From positions 8,347,214-8,411,213 of the forward strand of contig MU056000.1 of assembly GCA_013239625.1 (NCBI GenBank): 64,000 nucleotides of DNA. Reading direction: 5' to 3'. Positions 37,172 to 47,321 of this stretch are shown piece after piece. Position 1 is the stretch's first letter. Every line of letters starts with the position of its first letter. This stretch comes from Lama guanicoe (taxonomy: Eukaryota). The notes under the pieces were generated by a model. The model saw only the letters and a program-made list of their open reading frames with translations. It did no database searches and was not told where the DNA came from. The translations under genes and the position numbers were made by a program.

Positions 37172-38049
37172 NNNNNNNNNNNNNNNNNNNNNNNNNNNNN
37201 NNNNNNNNNNNNNNNNNNNNNNNNNNNNNNNNNNNNNNNNNNNNNNNNNNNNNNNNNNNNNNNNNNNNNNNNNNNNNNNNNNNNNNNNNNNNNNNNNNNN
37301 NNNNNNNNNNNNNNNNNNNNNNNNNNNNNNNNNNNNNNNNNNNNNNNNNNNNNNNNNNNNNNNNNNNNNNNNNNNNNNNNNNNNNNNNNNNNNNNNNNNN
37401 NNNNNNNNNNNNNNNNNNNNNNNNNNNNNNNNNNNNNNNNNNNNNNNNNNNNNNNNNNNNNNNNNNNNNNNNNNNNNNNNNNNNNNNNNNNNNNNNNNNN
37501 NNNNNNNNNNNNNNNNNNNNNNNNNNNNNNNNNNNNNNNNNNNNNNNNNNNNNNNNNNNNNNNNNNNNNNNNNNNNNNNNNNNNNNNNNNNNNNNNNNNN
37601 NNNNNNNNNNNNNNNNNNNNNNNNNNNNNNNNNNNNNNNNNNNNNNNNNNNNNNNNNNNNNNNNNNNNNNNNNNNNNNNNNNNNNNNNNNNNNNNNNNNN
37701 NNNNNNNNNNNNNNNNNNNNNNNNNNNNNNNNNNNNNNNNNNNNNNNNNNNNNNNNNNNNNNNNNNNNNNNNNNNNNNNNNNNNNNNNNNNNNNNNNNNN
37801 NNNNNNNNNNNNNNNNNNNNNNNNNNNNNNNNNNNNNNNNNNNNNNNNNNNNNNNNNNNNNNNNNNNNNNNNNNNNNNNNNNNNNNNNNNNNNNNNNNNN
37901 NNNNNNNNNNNNNNNNNNNNNNNNNNNNNNNNNNNNNNNNNNNNNNNNNNNNNNNNNNNNNNNNNNNNNNNNNNNNNNNNNNNNNNNNNNNNNNNNNNNN
38001 NNNNNNNNNNNNNNNNNNNNNNNNNNNNNNNNNNNNNNNNNNNNNNNNN
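37172..38049. other. Assembly gap (878 N)
   Basis: Run of N. Confidence 1.
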
Positions 38050-38728
38050 CAAAGAGGTCAGTTTCACCCCCAGTGACGTGGAATGGAGTGTCCAGGCCAG
38101 AGGAACTGAAGGAGCTCCTGCAGATTTTAAGGGAGCTCAGAGGAACTCTGAGAACCAGACAGGAATCATATACTAACCAGCATGAACTACAAGTATTCAA
38201 CAACCGATAAGGCTGTGCACTGGCACAGCCCTGCCGAAAAGGACTCTCTGATCTCACAGACTGGGGGACGCCTCTTTTTGCGCCGCCGTGAGGATCAGTG
38301 TCTGTCTTGCTAATGTCTGCAGGCTTCGCAGAATTGGTTTTGAGAACTGCTTCCACTTTTTGCTGTTAAAAAAACAAGTTGGGTCTCAGCAGTAGGGTTT
38401 CACGTCATTTACAAAGGCGTGATCTAAACCCACAGTTCTTCAATAAAATATTTGCTGAGGTTCCCCTACGTGCAGGAATGACTGGGGACACAGCGGGAGA
38501 AAAAGGCAGGTCTGGTCCCTGCCATGACATTGTTATTATAGAAGAGGGAATAACAAGCAAGCAATTAAAATGTATTAAACATTCTTTTCTATGTTATAAG
38601 ATAATAACAGCGTACTAAAATAATCACTGAAGTCCCATAATTTCCATTATAATGGAAATCACAGGACAGATTTCTCTGTGCCAAGCATTGGCCTCAGTGT
38701 GACATATATCAACCCCATTATATATACC

Positions 38729-39302
38729 TTTTAGAGCAAGCAGATAGCTGAATATGAGCACGGACCAAACGGCAGGAAACTGTACATCATGTGAAAAATG
38801 GGGGTCCTTGGTCACACTAAGCAGGATTCATAAGACATCCAGATTGATAAGACATCACACATTTGGGCTGACGAGTGTGCTAGAGGCTGACAAAGAAAGG
38901 TGGGAAAGGGCAGGAATCTCCAGTGTCCGAATGTAACCTTTAGCTCATCACAATAAAATTAGCCTTTCAGATGAGAAGTGCCCATCATGCACTGATGCCA
39001 TGACACTTTCAATCCAGACTAAATGAGGACAAATCTCCCTCCTTCCCTCGGGAAGGTGGAGCTGGGATGGAAATCAGGGAATATGACCCCAAACCCCTCC
39101 CTCTCCAATGAATATCCCACCCATTCATTTTTACACTCTATGTGAACAACTTGCCAAAGAAACTCAGCGCAGCTGCTCAGCTGAGCCTGCCCGCTCTCCC
39201 CTTGAGAGCGTACTATCCACCCTTAATAAATCCTCACTTTGCTTTGTTGACGTCTGTGTCTTGTCTCTGAATTCTGAGACAAGAACCTACTCTCCGGCAA
39301 CA
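38729..39302 (+). mobile_element. Same solo LTR, copy B
   Basis: Matches copy A apart from the 5-bp indel; AATAAA is intact here. Confidence 0.6.
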
Positions 39303-39612
39303 TTTTCAAAATTTCAATCTTATCAGGTAAGTTATCCCTGACATCATTATCCCCATCTTTCAGATGAGGAAGCTGAAAGACACCTTCAAGACTTAAGGAA
39401 TCTCTTGACATAATAAAAACTTAAGATGGTGGTTTTAGATTCTAACCTGGGCTGCTGGAGGCCAGGTCTGTGCTCTTCACCTCTGCACTCCCAGGTGTGG
39501 TGGGGCAGCTCTGAACTGGGGCAGCTGCTTACTGGGCCTTCAGGGGATAATTTAAGCTGAAGTCTAAAGGATGGGAAGGAATCATCCATGAAAAGAGGCA
39601 AGCAATCCAAAC

Positions 39613-40082
39613 NNNNNNNNNNNNNNNNNNNNNNNNNNNNNNNNNNNNNNNNNNNNNNNNNNNNNNNNNNNNNNNNNNNNNNNNNNNNNNNNNNNNNNNN
39701 NNNNNNNNNNNNNNNNNNNNNNNNNNNNNNNNNNNNNNNNNNNNNNNNNNNNNNNNNNNNNNNNNNNNNNNNNNNNNNNNNNNNNNNNNNNNNNNNNNNN
39801 NNNNNNNNNNNNNNNNNNNNNNNNNNNNNNNNNNNNNNNNNNNNNNNNNNNNNNNNNNNNNNNNNNNNNNNNNNNNNNNNNNNNNNNNNNNNNNNNNNNN
39901 NNNNNNNNNNNNNNNNNNNNNNNNNNNNNNNNNNNNNNNNNNNNNNNNNNNNNNNNNNNNNNNNNNNNNNNNNNNNNNNNNNNNNNNNNNNNNNNNNNNN
40001 NNNNNNNNNNNNNNNNNNNNNNNNNNNNNNNNNNNNNNNNNNNNNNNNNNNNNNNNNNNNNNNNNNNNNNNNNNNNNNNNNN
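39613..40082. other. Assembly gap (470 N)
   Basis: Run of N. Confidence 1.
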
Positions 40083-40761
40083 CAAAGAGGTCAGTTTCAC
40101 CCCCAGTGACGTGGAATGGAGTGTCCAGGCCAGAGGAACTGAAGGAGCTCCTGCAGATTTTAAGGGAGCTCAGAGGAACTCTGAGAACCAGACAGGAATC
40201 ATATACTAACCAGCATGAACTACAAGTATTCAACAACCGATAAGGCTGTGCACTGGCACAGCCCTGCCGAAAAGGACTCTCTGATCTCACAGACTGGGGG
40301 ACGCCTCTTTTTGCGCCGCCGTGAGGATCAGTGTCTGTCTTGCTAATGTCTGCAGGCTTCGCAGAATTGGTTTTGAGAACTGCTTCCACTTTTTGCTGTT
40401 AAAAAAACAAGTTGGGTCTCAGCAGTAGGGTTTCACGTCATTTACAAAGGCGTGATCTAAACCCACAGTTCTTCAATAAAATATTTGCTGAGGTTCCCCT
40501 ACGTGCAGGAATGACTGGGGACACAGCGGGAGAAAAAGGCAGGTCTGGTCCCTGCCATGACATTGTTATTATAGAAGAGGGAATAACAAGCAAGCAATTA
40601 AAATGTATTAAACATTCTTTTCTATGTTATAAGATAATAACAGCGTACTAAAATAATCACTGAAGTCCCATAATTTCCATTATAATGGAAATCACAGGAC
40701 AGATTACTCTGTGCCAAGCATTGGCCTCAGTGTGACATATATCAACCCCATTATATATACC

Positions 40762-41335
40762 TTTTAGAGCAAGCAGATAGCTGAATATGAGCACGGACCA
40801 AACGGCAGGAAACTGTACATCATGTGAAAAATGGGGGTCCTTGGTCACACTAAGCAGGATTCATAAGACATCCAGATTGATAAGACATCACACATTTGGG
40901 CTGACGAGTGTGCTAGAGGCTGACAAAGAAAGGTGGGAAAGGGCAGGAATCTCCAGTGTCCGAATGTAACCTTTAGCTCATCACAATAAAATTAGCCTTT
41001 CAGATGAGAAGTGCCCATCATGCACTGATGCCATGACACTTTCAATCCAGACTAAATGAGGACAAATCTCCCTCCTTCCCTCGGGAAGGTGGAGCTGGGA
41101 TGGAAATCAGGGAATATGACCCCAAACCCCTCCCTCTCCAATGAATATCCCACCCATTCATTTTTACACTCTATGTGAACAACTTGCCAAAGAAACTCAG
41201 CGCAGCTGCTCACCTGAGCCTGCCCGCTCTCCCCTTGAGAGCGTACTATCCACCCTTAATAAATCCTCACTTTGCTTTGTTGACGTCTGTGTCTTGTCTC
41301 TGAATTCTGAGACAAGAACCTACTCTCCGGCAACA
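40762..41335 (+). mobile_element. Same solo LTR, copy C
   Basis: Matches copy B apart from 41213 C. Confidence 0.6.
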
Positions 41336-41559
41336 TTTTCAAAATTTCAATCTTATCAGGTAAGTTATCCCTGACATCATTATCCCCATCTTTCAGATGA
41401 GGAAGCTGAAGGACACCTTCAAGACTTAAGGAATCTCTTGACATAATAAAAACTTAAGATGGTGGTTTTAGATTCTAACCTGGGCTGCTGGAGGCCAGGT
41501 CTGTGCTCTTCACCTCTGCACTCCCAGGTGTGGTGGGGCAGCTCTGAACTGGGGCAGCT

Positions 41560-41970
41560 GCTTACTGGGCCTTCAGGGGATAATTTAAGCTGAAGTCTAA
41601 AGGATGGGAAGGAATCATCCATGAAAAGAGGCAAGCAATCCAAACAGCAGGTCTGACATCCTGAGTCTAGAAGAAGATTTCTCTGTTCCTGGAACAGAAA
41701 GGAAGCTGACGAGCCTGGAACACTGGAAGCCCTGGCTGGGAGCTTGGCTTCTGAAAGTCAATGCAGGGTTGAAAGCAGGAGAGTCACAGACCAGATTTAA
41801 CTTTAAAACTCACTCTGGTGGCTGTGCAGAAACTGGGTAATGGAGATTAGGGACAAGAATATAAAAGGTAAGACAAGCTAGTGGTTGTCTAAGATCAGAA
41901 ACACTAGCGGTTAAAATCAGGATAAATGCTGTAGAGAAAGAGAGACTGTCAGATCCCATTTAGGAAGCTG
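41560..41970 (-). mobile_element. L2 fragment
   Basis: tttaagctgaagtctaaaggatggga...aagcaggagagtcacagaccagattt...tcactctggtggctgtgcaga. Confidence 0.55.
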
Positions 41971-42456
41971 TTCAAAAGCTCCCAATGACCCCCAGCCTAA
42001 CTCTCTATGAAATCAACTTGATGCCGAGGATTAATCATCGTACCTCTTATATTAAAAGAATACATTATTCTAAACCAAATTACACACTTCTTTTTGTGTT
42101 GGGCTTGCATTTCCCTCTCCACGGAGCACTGGAAATAAGGGGCTGAATTTAAATAGGAAGACCTTTTTCTTTCTCATCCAGCTGAATCCTACATAAACAC
42201 ATTTAAAACATTTCACAAGCTGACAAATGGACCTAGTTATCACAGCAAAGTTTATAGTAAGAACAGTCAAATGCAACCCATTATGGAGATTATTTTTGGA
42301 AAATTAAAGTTTTAGTGAGTTTATAAATATAGTCTGTCATGTATTCTAAACTATAAATATGACAATTATTCAAGCATAATTCGTATCAACAGACACATTC
42401 CTATCTTTCACCTATTGCCAAAATATTAGCATTCTATTATTAAAAGTAATTAAACT

Positions 42457-42975
42457 AGACTTATCGTGGCGATCACTTTGAAATGTACAGAAATATCAAG
42501 TCACTATGTTGTGCACCAGGAACTAACACAGTGTTGCAGGTCAATTATATTTCAATTAAACTTCAAAAATAAACACACAAACTCATAGAAAAAGAGACCA
42601 GATTTATGATTGCCAAAGGCTGGGAGTAGAGAGAGGGGGAACTGGATGAAGGTAGTCAAAAGTCACAAATTTCCAGTTATAAGATAAATAAGTACTATGG
42701 ATATAATATACATCATAAACACAATAAGCAGTGCTGTATGTTATACATAAAAGTTATTAAGAGGATAAATCCTAAGCATTCTCATCACAAGGAAATTTTT
42801 TTTTAATTTCTTTAATTTTGTACCTATAGGAGATGATGGATGTTCCCTAACCATACTGTGGTCATCATTTCATGATATATGTAAGTCTGAATCATTACGC
42901 TGCAGCCCTTAAACTTACACAGCGCTGCACGTTAGTTACAGCTCAATAAAACTAAAAGAAAAAAATTAAAAAATA
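42457..42975 (+). mobile_element. L1/HAL1-type 3'UTR with poly(A) signal and A-tail
   Basis: gacttatcgtggcgatcactttg...tcactatgttgtgcacc...ctcatagaaaaagagaccagattt...ttccagttataagataaataagtact...ttctcatcacaagg...ctcaataaaactaaaagaaaaaaa. Confidence 0.8.
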
Positions 42976-43099
42976 ACACTGGAAAAACGTGGTTAAATAT
43001 ACTATAATTTATGCTTTAGTTAACTACATATATAATTTCTACAGATACATACACACATATATAATGATCTCTAGCTAGCTAGCTAATCACCCTTTTATC

Positions 43100-46000
43100 T
43101 TTTATTTTTTAAGACTTCATGTTCAAAGAGCAGTTTTAGATTTACAACAAAGTTGAGAGGAAGGGCCACAGATTTTTCCATATACCCTCTACCACTACAC
43201 ATCCTTCATTATCAAATCACTTGCTAGAATAGTCCATTCTTTACCAAGGATGAACCTATGCTGACAAGCCACAGTCACCCAAACTTCACAGCTTACATTA
43301 CTACCCACCATTGGTGGTATCCATTCCATGCGTTTAGACAAAAGTGTAAGGACAGAGTTTTATCACTATAGTATCATTCAGAGTATTTTCACTTCCCTAA
43401 AAACTCCCTGTGGTCTCCTTGTTCTTCTCTCTCCAGCCCTTGTCCCAAGCAACCACTGAGCTTCATATTGTCTCTACAGTTTTGCTTTTTCCAGGATGTC
43501 ATATAGTTAGAAATCATACAGTACAGCCTTCTCAGATTGGCCTCTTTCACTTGGAAACAGGCATTTAAGTTTCCTCCTTGTCTTTTCATGGCTTGACAGC
43601 TAAATTCTTTTTAGTGCTGAATAATAATACTCCACTGTCTGGATGTACCACAGCTTATCTATCCACTCACCTGTGAAGGACAGTTTGATGCATCCAGTTT
43701 TGGCAATTATGAATAAAGGTACAATAAACATGCATGTTTAGCTTTATTTGTGTGGACATAAGTTTTCAGCACTTCTGGGTAAATGCCAAGAAGTGTGACT
43801 GCTGGCTTCTATGGTAAGAGTGTGTTTAGTTTTGTAAGAAATTATCAAAATGCCTTCCAAAGAAGCTGTCCCATTTTGTGACCCTGCTAGCAATGTACAA
43901 GAGGTCCTGTTGCTCCACATCCTTGCCAGCATTTGGTGTCATCAGTGTCCCAGGCTTTGGCCATTCCGATAGGTGTGTAGCAGTAGCTCGTTGTCATTTT
44001 AATTTGCACAAATGACACATGTTGTGGGGCACCTTTTCATATGCTGTTCCCCATTTGTACGTCTTCTTAGGTGAAGGGTCTATTGTTTTTGGCCCATTTC
44101 TTAAATTGGACTATTTGGCTTCTTACTCTTGAGTTTGTAAGCGTTCTTTGAATATTTTGGAGAACAATCCTTTACCAGACACATCTCTTGCAAATAGGTT
44201 CTTCCAGTCTGTAGCTTGTCTTTAAATTCTCTTGATAATGTTTATCGCAGAACAGAAGTTTTAAATTTTAATGAAGTCTAGCTTATCAATCATTCTTTCA
44301 TGGATCGTGTCTTTGGTGTTGTATCTAAAAAGCAAAGTTATCCTGGTTTTCTATGTTATCTTGAGGAGTTTTATAGCTGGCATTTTACATTTAGGTCTCT
44401 GAGCCATTTTGAGTAAATTTTTGTGAAGAGTGTAAGGTGTGTATCTTGATTTTTTTTTTTTAAAAAGCAAAGTTGGTTTTCTATGTTATCTTGAGGAGTT
44501 TTATAGCTGGCATTTTACATTTAGGTCTCTGAGCCATTTTGAGTAAATTTTTGTGAAGAGTGTAAGGTGTGTATCTTGATTTTTTTTTTTTGCACGTGGG
44601 TATCTAGTTGTTCCAGCAGCATTTGCTGAAGAAACTATTTTTGCTTCCTCGTGTTGCCTCTGCTTCTCTTAAAGATCAGCTGACTCTATCTATGAGGGTC
44701 TATTTCTGCGCTCTCTATTCTGATCCACTGATCTGTCTGTCTGTTTTTCCACTAATACGACACTGTCTTGATTACAACAGCTTTATGGTAAGTCTTGAAT
44801 TCAGATAGTGTCAGTCTTCCAACTTCGTTCTTCTGCAATACTGTGTTGGTTCTTCCGGTCTTTTGTCTCTCCTTATAAAGTGTAGAATCAGTTTGTCAAT
44901 AACCACAAAATAACTTAGTCCGGTTTAGACTGAGATTGAATCAAATCTACCTGTCAAGTTGGGAACAGCTGACATCTCGACAATATTGAGTCTTCCTATC
45001 CATGAACAGGGACTACCTCTCCACTTATTTACTTCTTTGATTTTGCTCATCAGGTTTTGTGGTTTTCTTCATCTATATGATGCACATATTTTGTCAGACT
45101 TATACCTAAGCATTTCTTTCTGTCTGGGTGCTAATGGAGATGGCGCTGTGTTTTACATTTCTAATTCCACTTTGTTGCTGTTCCTATACAGGAAAGCAGT
45201 TGACTCTTATATGTGAACCTGTATCCTGAAACCTTACTACAATCACTTTTGAGTTCCAGGAGATTTTTTTGTGGATTCTTCCAGATTTTCTACATGCATG
45301 ATCATGTCACTTGTGAACAAAGACATTTTTACCAATCTGTCTACCTTTTATTTCCTTTTCTTGCCTTATTGAGTTAGCAAGGGCTTCTAGTACAATGTTC
45401 AAAAGGAGTGGTGAGAGCAGGCATCCTTGTCTTGTATCTAGTATCTAGTATCTAGTGGGGAAGCTTCCAGTTTCTCACTATTAACTATGATGTAAGTTGC
45501 AGGGTTTTTGTGGACAGGCTTTATCAATTTGAGTAAGTTCTCTTCTACTCCTACGTTACTGATAGTTTCTTATGAATGGGTGTTGGATTTTGTCAAATGC
45601 TTTGTCTGTATCTATTGATATAATTTTCCTTTTCAGTCTGTTAATGTAATAGACTACATTAATTGATTTTCTAATGCTGAACCAGCTTGCATAACTGGGA
45701 TGAATTCCACTTGGCCATGGTGTATGATCCTTTACATACTTTTATGGAATATCGCTAATATTTTGCTAAGTATTTTTACATCTGTTCATGAGAGATCATG
45801 GTCTTTTCTGCCAAATTTGGCAGTTTTCTTTTCCTGTAATGTCTTTGTCTGCTTATGGTATTTGAACAATGCTGGCTTCATAGAATGAGAAAGTATTCCT
45901 TCTGCTTCTACCCTTTGAAAAAGATCAGAGATAATTACTACAATTTCTTCCTTAAATACTTGGTAGAATTCACCAATGAACCCATCTGGGTCTGGCACTT

Positions 46001-46640
46001 TCTGTTTTGAAAGGTTACTTGTTATCAGTTCACTTCTTTAATAGATGTAAGCCTGTCTGGTTCTTCTTTTTCTTCTTGTGAGATTTGGTACGTTGAGTCT
46101 TTCAAGGAATTGGTCCATTTCATCCAGGTTATCAGATTTGGGGGCACAGAGTTGTCCACAGTATTCTTTTATTATCATTTTTATTTCTGTCGGATTTGTA
46201 GAGATGTCCCCTCTTTCATTTCTGGTATTAGCAGTTTGTATCCTTTCTCTTTTTTTCTTAGTTATTCTGGCTAGAGGCATACTGGTGTTACTGAACTTTA
46301 CAAAGAACACCAGTTTTGGTTTTGTTGATTTTTTTCTACTGATTTCCTGTTTTTAACTTTATTGATTTTTGTTCTAATTCTTATTATTTATTTTATTTTG
46401 CTGACTTTGATCTAATTTGTTCTTTTTATAGTTTCCTTAGGTAGAAACTTAGATTACTTATTTTAGATCTTTCTTCACTTCTAATGTATGCATTCAATGC
46501 TATAAATTTCCCTCAAAGCACTACTTTTGCCGCATCTCATAAATTTTCATAAGTTGTGCTTTCATTTTCATTTAGTTAAAAATACTTTAAAATTTTTCTT
46601 GAGATTTCTTCTTTGACCCATGTATCATTTAGAAGTGTGT
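43100..46640 (-). mobile_element. L1MC1-like element (~3.5 kb: 3'UTR plus decayed ORF2)
   Basis: 3' marker agagcagttttagatttacaacaaagttgagagg. ORF2 remnants on the minus strand: PDPDGFIGEFYQVFKEEI, PLARITKKKRERIQ..RNERGDISTNPTEIKMIIKEY..DNLDEMDQFLER. Confidence 0.9.
44326..44591. repeat. 130/135-bp tandem duplication inside the old L1
   Basis: 44345-44461 is identical to 44475-44591. The copies differ only by ATCCT (44340-44344), present in the first. Confidence 0.95.
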
Positions 46641-46749
46641 AGTTATTATTTTAAAAAGAGAACAAACTTTAAAAAACTGCCACTGACCACGTCAATACTT
46701 ATCAATGAACATCTCCGAATAGGTTTGTCACACTCAATCGTAATATCAA

Positions 46750-47190
46750 GAACCAGGATGACACTGTCGGGTTTGCATTTCAGAAACATGGCTCCGTCAC
46801 TGCATGGACAGGTTGGAATAAATCAGAGTAGAGGCCAAAGCCCATCAGGAAACAAAGTAGAAAGCAGGGAGTCACAAAAGCACGAACTACATAGAGACAG
46901 GGATGGAGGGGAGCAGATATTAGAGGTGAGAGAGAAGAATGAGGGCTTGGTAATTAATTGGCTGTGTGCAAAGAAGGAAGGCACATGGCATGGCCCTGGG
47001 GCTTTTGCTAGAGAACAGGCAGGATGACTGAGTTATTTGAGGATTTAGATTGAGGATGACAAGAGAAGATTAGGTTGAGGGGAAAATGAGATTAGTTACA
47101 GGCCTGTCCATCTTAAGATGTCCCTGGGGCATAAGCAGTTGAACAAAATAGTCTAAATCACAGAAGAAAAGTACCTGGCAAAACATTTGC
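46750..47190 (-). mobile_element. L2 fragment
   Basis: gggtttgcatttcagaaacatggctccgtcactgcatggacag...gggcttggtaattaattggctgtg...ggcataagcagttgaacaaaatagtct. Confidence 0.55.
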
Positions 47191-47195
47191 AAATT

Positions 47196-47321
47196 GGGGA
47201 AGGGTATAGCTCAAGTGGTAGAGCACATGGTTAGCATGCGTGAGGTCCTGGGTTCAATCCCCAGTCCCTCCTCTAAAAATAAACAAATAAACCTAATTAC
47301 CTCCCTGTCCCCCCCCAAAAA
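47196..47321 (+). mobile_element. tRNA-Ala-derived camelid SINE (vic-1 type)
   Basis: GGGGAAGGGTATAGCTCAAGTGGTAGAGCACATGGTTAGCATGCGTGAGGTCCTGGGTTCAATCCCCAG plus aaataaacaaataaacctaattacc. TSD TTGCAAATT at 47187-47195 and 47322-47330. Confidence 0.92.

Larger units (their letters stand above)
35877..41645. repeat. Three near-identical copies of one segment: A 35877-37171, B 38050-39612, C 40083-41645
   Basis: Near-identical ORF translations recur in the track at offsets of +2173 and +2033. I saw only 4 substitutions and one 5-bp indel between copies, plus a few divergent bases at the gap edge of A. Confidence 0.95.

Noticed and set aside
36991..40389. Long ORFs of 172-400 aa
   Set aside because: Artefacts of translating through N-gaps.
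35866..40969. Identical small ORFs repeated three times, suggesting a gene cluster
   Set aside because: They repeat only because the DNA segment is triplicated. Several overlap L2, MIR or LTR sequence, and none has coding hallmarks.
24575..47275. tRNA-Ala(AGC) genes at ~24575-24647, ~30707-30780 and ~47196-47275
   Set aside because: Each has stem-disrupting changes, a SINE tail and flanking direct repeats, so they are SINE heads.
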